DNA of 42,120 bases from an uncultured Clostridia bacterium (GCA_944386145.1 CALWZZ010000001.1:1-42120), one strand, 5' to 3'; positions 22,611 through 32,430 are shown, numbered from the stretch's first letter. Program-made: numbers and translations. The notes: a model not told the origin generated them from the letters alone.

Positions 22611-25187
22611 TTAACTATTTCTTAACATACTAATGGTTGCTCTAATATATTTTCCTGCATAGTCTCTACTTACAACTTGATTATGATTGCTTACAGGAGG
22701 TAATTCGATTAATGCACTTCTTGTATTTGACAAAGTAGAACGTGCCCAGTTAATTAGATATCCACCACCATAGCTTGAAATATGTGTTGACATACCATAT
22801 TCACTTCTATAATAACTTCCTAATCCATTATCTCCTATACTTTCATTTAGCCAACCATGTAAGTCAATTAAAATGGTTCTTCCTGATGATGATTTTTTAC
22901 TTAATAAGAAATCTCTTAAATATCTTGCCTCATATGCTTGGAAGGCTTGAGTACCATTATATTCTCTTGTGCTTGTTCTTCTTGTATACCCTACTGACCA
23001 ACAACGGTTCATATCAATTCCTTGATGTCCTGGTGCTGCACTATATAATGTTGTTCTTCCTGCACCATTATTATCCCAACCATAGTATTGTCCATCTGTG
23101 TTAGCACATGGGAATATATATATTGTCCAATTATTTAAAACATCTTGATAATTCATTTGGTTTTGTAATAAATGATTTTTAAATTGGTCTGCTATATAAG
23201 AAAGTTCTTGTCCATCTTTATGCCAACCATCTTCAAATCCATGCACTGAAAATACAGCAAATAATACATTTGGTCCATCACCTATTCTGTAATATTTTAA
23301 ATCGTCTCCTTCTGCTGCTCTTTGTACTTTTAACCCACTAATTCCATAAGTGCCTTCTTCATAAGTAAATTCATTGATAGATACTGGGTAGCTAAGTGTA
23401 TCAATAATTTCTCCCAAAGTTGTTGAATAAACTTCTATTTTTAATGTATAGTTTCCTGATGCATATCCTGAAACATTGATTGTTCCATCAAATCCTGCCA
23501 ATGGATTTTGTTCTGCTGTTCCATATCCTGTAATACTTCCTGTTACATCTGGTCGATTATATAAATTAATTTGACTGGTAATATTTTGATTATTCAAATA
23601 AAAACGTATTTCTTTATTTGGTTGCTCAGACATATACCAACCATGGATACTTAAAGAATTTCTATAATTTTGTCCTTGTACAGGATAATCTACATATATT
23701 TGTGTATTATATTTTTTTATATAAAATGTTTGTTGTACTTCTTCAATCACTTCATTAAAGTCTGTATTGATAACCTGGATAATAACTTTATGTTCTCCAT
23801 CTTTAAAATTACTTACATCAACTGTTCCATCAAATCCTGCTAGTGGGTTTTGCTCTGCTGTTCCATATCCTGTAATGCTTCCTGTTACATCTGGTCTAGC
23901 ATATCTTTCAATACTACTTGTTACTTCATTTTGAGCACTATCAATATATACTTTGATTTCTTTATTTTTCGCTTCTGACATTAGCCAGCCATGGATATTA
24001 ACAGAAGTTTTTACTGTTTGATTTGTTGATGGATAATCTACATATACTTGTGTATTATATTTCTTCACATAAATGGTTCGACTATCTTGTGCAATGACTT
24101 CATCTGTGTCAGTATTAATCACTTGTATAATGACAGTATGGTTACCATCTCTGTAATTACTTAAATCAATTTTTCCTCTATATCCTGCTAATGGATTTTG
24201 TTCTGGTGTTCCATACCCTGTGATACTTCCTGTTACATCTGGTCTCGCATATCTTTCGATATTGCTTGTTACATCATTTTTTTCACTATCAATATATACT
24301 TTTACTTCTTTATTTGTTGCTTCTGACATTAGCCAGCCATGTACATAAACCGTATCCTTTTCTTGTTCATCTGCTACTGGATAGTCAATATACAATTGGG
24401 TATTGTATTTTTGAAGATAAATGGTTCTACTATCTTCTGCAATTACTTCATCTGTATCTGTATTGATAACCTGTATATAAATTTTGTGTTGTCCATCACT
24501 ATATGTACTTAAATCAATTGTTCCTCTATAGCCTGCAAGTGGGTTTTGTTCTGCTGTTCCATATCCTGTAATACTTCCTGTTACATCTGGTCTGTTATAT
24601 CTTTCAATACTTGCTGTTACATCATTTTGCTCATTATCAATATATACTTTAAGTTCTTTATTTTCTGCTTCTGACATTAGCCAGCCATGCACATATACTT
24701 CATTTTTTTCTTGTGCATTTTGGATTGGATAATCTATATATAGTTGTGTATTATATTTTTGAACTGTAAATTTTTGTTCAGCTTCTCCAATTATTTCACC
24801 TGTTTCATTATGAATTGCTTGTATAATTAATGTATGTGTGCCATCTTTATATTGGCGAATATCTACGGTTCCTTTAAAACCTGCCAATGGATTTTGCTCT
24901 GCTGTTCCATATCCTGTAACACTTCCTGTTACATCTGGTCTATCATATCTTTCAATTGCCTCTGTAATATCGTTTTCTTCACTATCAATAAATATTTTCA
25001 AAGATTTATCTTCAATAGCAGACATAAACCATCCGTGTACAGTAAGTGTATCTTTACATACCTCATTTTGTACTGGATAATCTATATAAATTTGTGCTTC
25101 ATTTTGGGCTTTTGAAGATATTGGAAATATTAGCATAACTAATGATAATATAAAAATAATACTAATTAAATATGTACTTTTTTTCAT
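22611..25187 (-). CDS. Secreted M14-family zinc peptidase (gamma-D-glutamyl-diamino-acid peptidase-like) with five N-terminal 116-aa repeats
   Basis: There is a signal peptide. Five repeats have the form (I/L/V)Y(I/V)DYP...HGW(F/L/Y)MS...RPDVTGS(I/V)TGYGTAEQNPLAG(F/Y).G..D...Y.DG.H. The C-terminal domain carries the M14 motifs HGFE, NTDG, DMNRCW and IDLHGW. Confidence 0.8.
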   Translation of the reverse strand: MKKSTYLISIIFILSLVMLIFPISSKAQNEAQIYIDYPVQNEVCKDTLTVHGWFMSAIEDKSLKIFIDSEENDITEAIERYDRPDVTGSVTGYGTAEQNPLAGFKGTVDIRQYKDGTHTLIIQAIHNETGEIIGEAEQKFTVQKYNTQLYIDYPIQNAQEKNEVYVHGWLMSEAENKELKVYIDNEQNDVTASIERYNRPDVTGSITGYGTAEQNPLAGYRGTIDLSTYSDGQHKIYIQVINTDTDEVIAEDSRTIYLQKYNTQLYIDYPVADEQEKDTVYVHGWLMSEATNKEVKVYIDSEKNDVTSNIERYARPDVTGSITGYGTPEQNPLAGYRGKIDLSNYRDGNHTVIIQVINTDTDEVIAQDSRTIYVKKYNTQVYVDYPSTNQTVKTSVNIHGWLMSEAKNKEIKVYIDSAQNEVTSSIERYARPDVTGSITGYGTAEQNPLAGFDGTVDVSNFKDGEHKVIIQVINTDFNEVIEEVQQTFYIKKYNTQIYVDYPVQGQNYRNSLSIHGWYMSEQPNKEIRFYLNNQNITSQINLYNRPDVTGSITGYGTAEQNPLAGFDGTINVSGYASGNYTLKIEVYSTTLGEIIDTLSYPVSINEFTYEEGTYGISGLKVQRAAEGDDLKYYRIGDGPNVLFAVFSVHGFEDGWHKDGQELSYIADQFKNHLLQNQMNYQDVLNNWTIYIFPCANTDGQYYGWDNNGAGRTTLYSAAPGHQGIDMNRCWSVGYTRRTSTREYNGTQAFQAYEARYLRDFLLSKKSSSGRTILIDLHGWLNESIGDNGLGSYYRSEYGMSTHISSYGGGYLINWARSTLSNTRSALIELPPVSNHNQVVSRDYAGKYIRATISMLRNS
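23370..25091 (-). repeat. Five tandem in-frame coding repeats with a period of about 348 nt
   Basis: The units cover aa 33-148, 149-264, 265-380, 381-496 and 497 to about 606. They belong to the same family as the repeats at 15922-17949 but have diverged from them. Confidence 0.85.
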
Positions 25188-25222
25188 TTTCCCTCTTTCC
25201 TTTCCAAAATTAAACTATCTTT

Positions 25223-25250
25223 ATTGTATATGAAATTATTAATATTCCAA
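25223..25250 (-). promoter_or_regulatory. Possible sigma-A-type promoter for the M14 hydrolase gene
   Basis: The minus strand reads TTGGAA, a 16-nt spacer, then TACAAT, about 35 nt upstream of the start. Confidence 0.4.
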
Positions 25251-25299
25251 TTCTGTTTGATTTTTTTCGTATACAACACTTTTCTATGTTTTTTATTTA

Positions 25300-27150
25300 C
25301 TAATCCCTCCCTTCTCTTATGCGATAATCTTCTATATCTGTTCTGAAATTTATGTTGAAAAAGGGGTCTCCTTTTTCTAGAAAATGCTTCCAATCATTTC
25401 TAAATCTCTCAGTTTCATTTTGATATCTTTCTATTTGTTCTTTACTTGTTTCATAACCTCTTGATTTTGACTCAAAATGATTTAATTCTATATAAGGTGT
25501 CCATACAATTTGATATCCTTTTTCACGTACTTTTAAGCAAAAATCTACGTCATTTAATGCCACTTGATAGTTTTCGTTCATATAGCCTACTTCTTCATAA
25601 ATAGCTTTTTTTGAAAATAGGCAAGCTCCTGTTACTGCACTAAAATTTTGAATGATACTTTCTCTAAAAAAGTATGCTTTTTTGTCTTTTGATAAATTTC
25701 TTAAGATATGTCCTGCTGTTCCATTAATCCCTACAACGATTCCAGCATGTTGAATGGTTTTATCTGGATAATATAGTTTTGCGCCTACAATTCCAACATC
25801 TTGTTTTTGTGCAAATCCTATAAATTGTTCTAACCAGTCTGGGGTTAGCAATTCTGTATCATTATTTAGTTGTAAAATATATGGAGAATCTACCTGTTTT
25901 ACACCATAATTGATAATTTTAGAATAATTAAATTCTTTTTCCGGATAATACACTACTTTTATTTTATCATTTTTTTCAATGTTTTTGTAGTAGTCAAATG
26001 TTTCCTTTTTTTGGCTATTGTTTTCTATCACAACAATTTCATAATTTGAATATGTTGTTAAACGTAAAATAGATTCAATACATAATTTTAAGTCCTTAAC
26101 ATGGTCCATATTAGGAATTAGTATAGAGACCTTGTCCTCTTTATTTATAGCATATGTAATCTTATATGTTCCTAAATATTTTCCATGTTCTACATTTCCT
26201 TGTAAGTGCATTCTTTTTAAATGGTCTTCTAAAGCTTTTTTTCCAGCTTCATATGCATATGGTTTTGCTTCTCCTGTCACTGCAGCAGCTGTAGACCCTT
26301 CGTGCACACGCCAATGATATAAAATTTTAGGAATATGCACAATATGATTTGTATGTTCTGCTATTCGTAAGAACAAATCATAATCTTGTGCTCCATCATA
26401 ACCTTCATGAAATCCACCAATTTCTTGCATTAATGAAGCTTTTATCACTGTAAAATGACAGATGTAATTCAACGACCTTAATGTATCTATCGCAAAGTCC
26501 GGTTTAAAATGTGGACTATATCTATCTTCTAATGAATTTGAAAATTTATCTTCGTCAGAATACATACATTCTGTGTCTGGTTGTTCATTTATGCATTTTA
26601 CTACCTCATACAAAGCAAATTCTGCTAACAAATCATCATGGTCTAATAGTCCAATATAGTCTCCTGTTGCAAGTTTAATTGCTTCATTGGTATTTTCTGC
26701 AATACCTAAATTTTTTCCAAGATATTGATATCGTATTCTTTCATCTGATTTTGCTAATTCTTCTATTTCTTGATTTTTTGTTTCACTTCCATCTGCTAAG
26801 CAAAGTTCCCAATTAGAATAGGTTTGAGCCTTCATATTTTCAACAATTTCGCTTAAATATGCTAATTTTGTATGATATAATGGGATAACAATACTTATTT
26901 TGGGTTGTATTGCAAATGTCGTTTCCTTTTGTTTTTGTAACTCTTCTTTTGTTGGTTCATTTGCTTCTATCCATTTTTTATAGGCAATGGTATTATTTTC
27001 TTGTCCTTTTCTATCATATTGCTTGATTTTAGTCATAGTTTCTTTTATTCCACTATTTTTTAAAGACAGAAATGTTTGTTTTATTAATACAAGATAATGT
27101 CTAATTTTACTATCTTTTGGGAATAATCTATCTTTTAATTGAATATACAA
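25300..27150 (-). CDS. Two-domain GT2 glycosyltransferase (RgpF/WbbX-like architecture)
   Basis: The first GT2 domain reads ISIVIPLYHTKLAYL...DHDD. The second reads VSILIPNMDHVKDL...NNDTE...NDVDFCLK. The start is a TTG at 27150, 10 nt after AAGGAG. Confidence 0.8.
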   Translation of the reverse strand: MYIQLKDRLFPKDSKIRHYLVLIKQTFLSLKNSGIKETMTKIKQYDRKGQENNTIAYKKWIEANEPTKEELQKQKETTFAIQPKISIVIPLYHTKLAYLSEIVENMKAQTYSNWELCLADGSETKNQEIEELAKSDERIRYQYLGKNLGIAENTNEAIKLATGDYIGLLDHDDLLAEFALYEVVKCINEQPDTECMYSDEDKFSNSLEDRYSPHFKPDFAIDTLRSLNYICHFTVIKASLMQEIGGFHEGYDGAQDYDLFLRIAEHTNHIVHIPKILYHWRVHEGSTAAAVTGEAKPYAYEAGKKALEDHLKRMHLQGNVEHGKYLGTYKITYAINKEDKVSILIPNMDHVKDLKLCIESILRLTTYSNYEIVVIENNSQKKETFDYYKNIEKNDKIKVVYYPEKEFNYSKIINYGVKQVDSPYILQLNNDTELLTPDWLEQFIGFAQKQDVGIVGAKLYYPDKTIQHAGIVVGINGTAGHILRNLSKDKKAYFFRESIIQNFSAVTGACLFSKKAIYEEVGYMNENYQVALNDVDFCLKVREKGYQIVWTPYIELNHFESKSRGYETSKEQIERYQNETERFRNDWKHFLEKGDPFFNINFRTDIEDYRIREGRD

Positions 27151-27153
27151 TAT

Positions 27154-28140
27154 TTACGCACTCCTTATTCGTATTTTTCTAATTGCAAACAAGCAATTAC
27201 CAACCAATGGTAAATTGAGAATTATAAAGTTTAATATATAATAGCTAATCGTTTCATTTTTATATAATCTATGAAATGTTCCCCAATTTTGAAAATTGAA
27301 AAACTGCTTTTTTTCTATTTTATCAAAATATGTTTTTCCTTGTTGATTCAATTTTTGCAGATCCTCAGGAAATTTTTCTTGATTTTCCAGATATGTTTTA
27401 AATAAATCTTTTTTTACTTGGATAAACAATTCTCGAATTTGTTTAAATTCTTTATATTTATAAGATGTCCTCTCTGTTCCTACTTGATTATCTCCATGTT
27501 GCCTATATTGAATCGTTGGTTTATCTAAATACGCAATTTTACCATGGAAAGATATCATTAAACCAATCCAAGAATCATGAATTATATATTTTGAATGTTT
27601 AGGAATTGGTAATATTTGTGGTATCCATTTTTTCTTAGATAAAATTGTACATCCTGTCATATTGTTATATAAATACTCAAATTCTTTTGTTCCCAATGTT
27701 TTTTTAATTTTATGCATTTTTCCCATCGTTGCATTAAAAGAAGGATGTATACGCTTTAAATTTTCATCAACGATTTCTAAATCTGTAAATACTAAATCTG
27801 CATTTTCTTCTTCTAATTTTTTTACAGTATCTTCTATTTTACTTGGTTTCCAGACATCATCCTGGTCTGATAACATATATAGTTCATTTTCTACTTTTTG
27901 TAATAAAAATTCAAAATTGCTGACATATCCTAAGTTTTTTTCCTGATAATAAATGGTAATTTTGTCATTGTCTTCATATTTTTTTAAAATCTCTCTTGTG
28001 GTATCATTTGAACCATCATCTGAAATAATTAAATGGATATTTTTATAACTTTGATTTAAAATACTTTCTATTTGTTCTTCTAGATATTTTTCGCCATTAT
28101 AGGTTGCCATCAAAATATCTATTTTTTGTGTATCTTTCAC
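27154..28140 (-). CDS. GT2 glycosyltransferase, RgpB-like (rhamnosyltransferase-type family)
   Basis: It has IDILMATYNGEKYLEEQIESILNQSY...ISDDGSND...SDQDDVW. The ATG at 28158 has no RBS, whereas a GTG at 28140 follows GGAGGA by 10 nt. The start is therefore uncertain between 28140 and 28158. Confidence 0.75.
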   Translation of the reverse strand: MKDTQKIDILMATYNGEKYLEEQIESILNQSYKNIHLIISDDGSNDTTREILKKYEDNDKITIYYQEKNLGYVSNFEFLLQKVENELYMLSDQDDVWKPSKIEDTVKKLEEENADLVFTDLEIVDENLKRIHPSFNATMGKMHKIKKTLGTKEFEYLYNNMTGCTILSKKKWIPQILPIPKHSKYIIHDSWIGLMISFHGKIAYLDKPTIQYRQHGDNQVGTERTSYKYKEFKQIRELFIQVKKDLFKTYLENQEKFPEDLQKLNQQGKTYFDKIEKKQFFNFQNWGTFHRLYKNETISYYILNFIILNLPLVGNCLFAIRKIRIRSA

Positions 28141-28185
28141 TGTTTTAAAGTCCTCCATTTTGTTTAATTGTTGTATACAAGTTTC

Positions 28186-29169
28186 TTATAAACAATATAT
28201 CAAATAGCCAAATAATGGCATATGAAAAATTATCATTTCTTTAAGCATTTTTTTGAACATATTCTTACCACCTAGAAATTTTACGTACTGTATAATATGA
28301 AAATTAAAAAACCTTGATTTTTTTAGCGTTTCATAATATTTTACTAGTTTTTCTATCATTTCTCTAGTCTGTGAATTTTTAGCATATTCTAAGCACATCT
28401 TAGCACCATCTAAATATGCTTTATCAATTACATTTTCATTTCGATATTGTAAATAACTTTTATACGATTTTCCATGTTCTTGTTTCCATCTAGTAATATT
28501 TTGCTGTAAGCTTCTACCACCAAAAACATTCTCTGTATGTAATCTATATGAAAAAAGTGGCTCTTCAATATATGCTACGCCTTTTCCTTCGTTTGCTATA
28601 AAACTTGCAAGCCAATCATGTGCCATTACAGAAGTAGTATATGGTAACATCTTATCTCGTACATCAGCGGTAAACAGTTGTGAACAACCTAATCCTAAAT
28701 ATCTAGATATTGCTAGAATGTTATTTTTTCCTTTTACTAATGGCATATTTTTATATTGAAAATAATTCTGATGAATTATTTCATTTTTTTCATTAATATG
28801 TCTTGCATTACAATATATTAAATCTACATCTTTCTCTTTTAATGTTTGTAATGATTTCTCTATTTTATTGACATCCCAAATATCATCTTGGTCACAAAAT
28901 GCAATATAATTTGCTTTAGACTGTTTTAGTAAGAATTCAAAATTTTTGATATATCCTAAATTTTTCTCTTGCAAATATACACTTATACGCTTATCCTGTT
29001 TCTGATATTGTTTTAAAACTTCTATTACATTTTTATCTTCTGAGCAATCGTCTGAAATTATAATTTGGATATTTTTGTATGTTTGATTTAAAATGCTGTC
29101 AATTTGTTGTTTTAAATAGACAATATTGGGTTTATATGTTGCTACTAAAATATCTACTGTTTCTTCCAT
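28186..29169 (-). CDS. GT2 glycosyltransferase, second RgpB-like paralog
   Basis: It has VDILVATYKPNIVYLKQQIDSILNQTY...ISDDCSED...CDQDDIW. I prefer the ATG at 29169, after GGAGAG, over the TTG at 29202. Confidence 0.75.
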   Translation of the reverse strand: MEETVDILVATYKPNIVYLKQQIDSILNQTYKNIQIIISDDCSEDKNVIEVLKQYQKQDKRISVYLQEKNLGYIKNFEFLLKQSKANYIAFCDQDDIWDVNKIEKSLQTLKEKDVDLIYCNARHINEKNEIIHQNYFQYKNMPLVKGKNNILAISRYLGLGCSQLFTADVRDKMLPYTTSVMAHDWLASFIANEGKGVAYIEEPLFSYRLHTENVFGGRSLQQNITRWKQEHGKSYKSYLQYRNENVIDKAYLDGAKMCLEYAKNSQTREMIEKLVKYYETLKKSRFFNFHIIQYVKFLGGKNMFKKMLKEMIIFHMPLFGYLIYCL

Positions 29170-29228
29170 TTTCTCTCCATAATTTGTTTTTAGTAAAATC
29201 AAAAAAATTACAATTATAATCTAACTAT

Positions 29229-29257
29229 AGTTTATAATTGTAATTCAGATTTGTCAA
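29229..29257 (-). promoter_or_regulatory. Candidate promoter of the glycopolymer operon
   Basis: The minus strand reads TTGACA, a 17-nt spacer, then TAAACT. A 12-bp inverted repeat (29208-29219 with 29232-29243) overlaps it. Confidence 0.5.
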
Positions 29258-29315
29258 CATTTTTTTACTTTATTTATAATTATATATGTATAATTTTGTT
29301 ACAATTTAACAAAAG

Positions 29316-29373
29316 CCAAAATGCTATATTTTTAATATTTTATGAATAAAATATTAAAAATATAGCATTTTGG
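29316..29373 (-). terminator. Perfect 27-bp AT-rich hairpin, probably a terminator after the guaB-like gene
   Basis: The left arm ccaaaatgctatatttttaatatttta, the loop tgaa, and the right arm taaaatattaaaaatatagcattttgg form the hairpin. On the minus strand it is followed by cttttgtt. Confidence 0.6.
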
Positions 29374-29394
29374 TTAAATAATTATAATAAAATT

Positions 29395-30900
29395 TTATTT
29401 ATATTGATTGTCAATTTCTTTTAGAATAACATCATGTGCACTACCTTCTGAAATACTTACATCAGAAACTAATGTCAATCTTGCTTTTTCATGTAATTCT
29501 GGAATTGTAACACTTCCACAGTTACACATCGTTGATTTAATTTTTGCACAAGTAATTGCTAAATTATCTTTTAATTTTCCTGCATATGGGATATATGAAT
29601 CAACACCTTCTTCAAATGAAAGTTTTTGAGCTCCTCCCATATCATATCTTTGCCAGTTTCTTGCTCTATTTGAACCTTCTCCCCAATATTCTTTTACATA
29701 GCCATTTCCTTTTTTAACAACTCTTGTTGGGCTTTCGTCAAATCTGGCAAAATATCTTCCCATCATAACAAAATCTGCACCTAATGCCAAAGCAATAGTA
29801 ATGTGATGGTCATGTACAATTCCACCATCTGAGCAAACTGGAATATAGATTCCTGTTTCTTCAAAATATTTATCTCTTGCTGCAACAACATCAATTAAAG
29901 CTGAAGCTTGTCCACGTCCAATACCTTTGGTTTCACGTGTGATACAGATAGAACCTCCACCAACACCTACTTTAATGAAGTCTGCTCCTGCTTCTGCTAA
30001 ATATCTAAAACCTTCTCCATCAACTACATTTCCTGCTCCAATTTTTACAGAATCTCCATATTTTGCTCTTACAAAATCAATTGTATTTTTTTGCCATACA
30101 GAATATCCATCAGATGAATCCATACAAATTAAATCTACACCTGCATCGACTAATGCTGGTATTCTTTCTTCAAAATCTCTTGTATTAATTCCTGCACCTA
30201 CAATATATCTTTTATTTTCATCTAATAATGAATTTGGATTATTTTTTCTTTCTTCATAATCTTTTCTAAATACTAAATATTTTAAATTTCCTGCTTCTGT
30301 TAAGATTGGTAGACATGCAATTTTATTTTCCCATATTAAATCATTTGCTTCTGATAAAGAAATACCTTCATGTGCCCATACAGCTTTTTCTTTTGGTGTC
30401 ATAAAATTATCAATTGGTGCTTCCATATCATCTCTTGAAATACGATAATCTTTATCTGTTACTAGACCAATAAATTTACCATTTGCTGTTCCATCTTCTG
30501 TTATCATGACTGTTGAATGTCCTGTTTCTTGAATTAGTGCAATGACATCTTTTAATGGTGTTCCAGATTTTACATTAGAATCGCTAACAATAAATCCTGC
30601 TTTGTGTTTTTTTACTTGTCTTACCATTTCTGCTTGTGATTCAATACTTTGTGAACCATAAATAAATGCAACACCACCTTCTCTTGCTAGTGCAATTCCC
30701 ATGTCAACACCTGAAACAGATTGCATAATAGCTGATACCATTGGTACATTCGCATAATATTTTGCTTCTTCTCCTTTTTTATATTTTACAAGTGGTGTTC
30801 TCAAAGATACCTTATCTGGTATACATCTCTCGTCTGTTAAATTTGGTAATAATAAAAATTCGTTAAATGTTCTTGAAATATCTTCCAAAATCTTTGCCAT
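29395..30900 (-). CDS. guaB: IMP dehydrogenase family protein with a CBS pair
   Basis: It has [10 protein letters not shown] near the N-terminus, a CBS-like insert and the catalytic loop [13 protein letters not shown]. The ATG at 30900 (MAKILED) has a GGAGGGGA RBS. The 557-aa track ORF is an upstream read-through. Confidence 0.75.
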   Translation of the reverse strand: MAKILEDISRTFNEFLLLPNLTDERCIPDKVSLRTPLVKYKKGEEAKYYANVPMVSAIMQSVSGVDMGIALAREGGVAFIYGSQSIESQAEMVRQVKKHKAGFIVSDSNVKSGTPLKDVIALIQETGHSTVMITEDGTANGKFIGLVTDKDYRISRDDMEAPIDNFMTPKEKAVWAHEGISLSEANDLIWENKIACLPILTEAGNLKYLVFRKDYEERKNNPNSLLDENKRYIVGAGINTRDFEERIPALVDAGVDLICMDSSDGYSVWQKNTIDFVRAKYGDSVKIGAGNVVDGEGFRYLAEAGADFIKVGVGGGSICITRETKGIGRGQASALIDVVAARDKYFEETGIYIPVCSDGGIVHDHHITIALALGADFVMMGRYFARFDESPTRVVKKGNGYVKEYWGEGSNRARNWQRYDMGGAQKLSFEEGVDSYIPYAGKLKDNLAITCAKIKSTMCNCGSVTIPELHEKARLTLVSDVSISEGSAHDVILKEIDNQYK

Positions 30901-30997
30901 ATTTTCCCCTCCATTTATTATAATATTATAAAATGAAATGATGCAGAACTTATCTTTTAATCCTGTCATCATTCTCTCCTTAAAAATTGATATTACT

Positions 30998-31026
30998 AGT
31001 ATACCACATTTTTTTTTCAGTGTAAA
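30998..31026 (-). promoter_or_regulatory. Sigma-A-type promoter for the guaB-like gene
   Basis: The minus strand reads TTTACA, a 17-nt spacer containing an A9 run, then TGGTATACT (extended -10). Confidence 0.55.
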
Positions 31027-31036
31027 CCATTTTTTC

Positions 31037-32227
31037 CTATTTAACAAGTCTCTTTGTTTCTTTTGCAATCATTAATTCCTCATTTGTTGGAATTAAGTAT
31101 ACTTTCACTTTTGAATCAGGTGTAGAAATTGCTTTCTCTTCTCCCCTCATATTATTAGCTTCTAAATCAAGTTTTACACCCATAAATTCTAGTTTTTCGC
31201 AGATACCTTTTCTGATATTAATTTGGTTTTCACCAATTCCACCTGTAAAGATGATATAATCAATTCCTTTCATTGCAACTGCATATTTTGCAATATAACT
31301 TGCAATAGCATAATTAAATTGTTCAATCGCAATTTTTGCTCTTTCTGTTCCTTTGTTTGACTCTTCTTCAATTACTCTAAAATCTGGTGCCATTCCTGAT
31401 ATACTTGCTAATCCTGATTTTTTATTTAAGATATCTTCCATTGTTTGTGGGTCTATGTTTTCTTTTTTCATAATATATGTAAGAACAGATGGGTCTAAAT
31501 CTCCACTTCTGGTTACCATTGGCAATCCTCCAAGTGGTGTTAATCCCATACTTGTATCAATTGATTTTCCATCTTTTACTGCGCAAATGCTGGCACCTTG
31601 ACCTAAATGGCATGTAACGATTTTGGTTCCATCAAGAGATTTATTTTCAATTTCTGCTAATCTTTGAGATACATACATATGAGATGTACCATGTGCTCCA
31701 TATTTTCTTACATTGTATTTTGTATAATATTCATATGGAATTGGATAAATATATTTATCTTTAGGCATTGTTTGGTGGAAAGTTGTATCAAATACAGCTA
31801 CCATTGGTTTACCAGGCATTACATTTTTACAAGCTTCCATTCCTAACACAGCTGCTGGGTTATGTAATGGTGCAAATTCTCCACATTCTTTAATTTTTTC
31901 TATGACATCATCATTAATCACAGCTGATTCTTTGAAAATTTCTCCTCCATGAACTACTCTGTGTCCAATTGCTTCAATTTCGTCTAGTGAATCAATTACT
32001 TTATATTCTGGATTTGTAAATTGCTCTAATGTAAACTCTATGGCTTCTTTATGGTCATATGCTGGTTTTTCAATTGTTACTTTTTTTCCTAATGCTTTAT
32101 GTGTTATAAATGCTTCTTTTTCTCCTATTCTCTCATATTTTCCAGAAGCTAAAACTTCTTCTGTTTCCATATTGATTAATTGATATTTTAGTGATGAACT
32201 ACCACAATTTAAAACTAAAATTTTCAT
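31037..32227 (-). CDS. ackA: Acetate kinase, paralog 1
   Basis: It has [35 protein letters not shown] and RKYG.HGTSH. The ATG at 32227 follows AGGAGG by 8 nt. Confidence 0.9.
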   Translation of the reverse strand: MKILVLNCGSSSLKYQLINMETEEVLASGKYERIGEKEAFITHKALGKKVTIEKPAYDHKEAIEFTLEQFTNPEYKVIDSLDEIEAIGHRVVHGGEIFKESAVINDDVIEKIKECGEFAPLHNPAAVLGMEACKNVMPGKPMVAVFDTTFHQTMPKDKYIYPIPYEYYTKYNVRKYGAHGTSHMYVSQRLAEIENKSLDGTKIVTCHLGQGASICAVKDGKSIDTSMGLTPLGGLPMVTRSGDLDPSVLTYIMKKENIDPQTMEDILNKKSGLASISGMAPDFRVIEEESNKGTERAKIAIEQFNYAIASYIAKYAVAMKGIDYIIFTGGIGENQINIRKGICEKLEFMGVKLDLEANNMRGEEKAISTPDSKVKVYLIPTNEELMIAKETKRLVK

Positions 32228-32288
32228 TTTCAATTCCTCCTTAATCATTTCAAATTTATTTATCAATTCAATGTTGGAAAAGAATTGG

Positions 32289-32430
32289 GCTTTTGGCTAT
32301 GCTGAGCTTGTTAAGGCTTTGCCTGTTACAAGGTCAGTATGCAGTAGCTGGCAGCCAAGTCGAAAATCAATGAGGCGTGCTTTCTGCACGTTGATTTGAT
32401 TTTCGATGAAGGCTAACAACGCCAAAACGC
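32289..32430 (-). ncRNA. GC-rich structured intergenic element of unknown class, possibly a leader or small RNA; its strand is not determined
   Basis: By hand count, 32281-32430 is about 45% GC in a much more AT-rich context. A hand fold gives three parts. The closing helix pairs 32289-32297 with 32421-30. Arm 1 pairs 32353-56/32360-70 with 32396-406/32411-14, and has an apical cgtgc/gcacg stem. Arm 2 has gctatgc/gcagtagc, cttgt/acaag and aggc/gcct stems. Confidence 0.4.

Noticed and set aside
15922-25091. Regularly spaced repeats that might suggest a CRISPR array.
   Set aside because: The periods are 339 and 348 nt. The repeats are in frame, encode protein domains, lie inside long ORFs with signal peptides and catalytic domains, and have no short repeat-spacer structure.
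25184-25393. A 69-aa minus-strand ORF that overlaps the 3' end of the two-domain GT2 gene and runs into the M14 gene start.
   Set aside because: It is an alternative frame of a well-supported gene end. Its composition is basic and low-complexity, and it has no RBS.
30901-30997. I looked for a purine riboswitch or a real N-terminal extension upstream of the guaB-like gene. A hairpin (atgatgacag...ctgcatcat) and an in-frame upstream ATG with its own AAGGAGAG are present.
   Set aside because: No guanine/adenine riboswitch core is recognisable. The strong GGAGGGGA RBS at the MAKILED start and family N-terminus conventions favour the shorter protein. The hairpin alone is too weak to call an attenuator.
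29395-31068. Long N-terminal extensions in the ORF track for several genes (29395-31068, 36255-37481, 37430-38431, 31037-32266, 20640-21494, 21748-22587 and 33718-34740).
   Set aside because: In each case an internal start codon with a well-spaced Shine-Dalgarno sequence coincides with the conserved family N-terminus. The extensions are read-through of intergenic or leader sequence.
32331-32360. Strings reminiscent of SRP (4.5S) RNA: aggtcag, gtagctggcag and cagccaag.
   Set aside because: The order and spacing do not fit the SRP domain IV layout, and there is no GNRA-type apical loop in the right place. I treat the resemblance as chance.
32271-32399. A 42-codon plus-strand ORF (MLEKNWAFGYAELVKALPV...) inside the GC-rich ackA spacer.
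   Set aside because: It has no RBS, lies opposite to all neighbouring genes, and coincides with the predicted helices. A structured RNA or DNA element is the more likely explanation.
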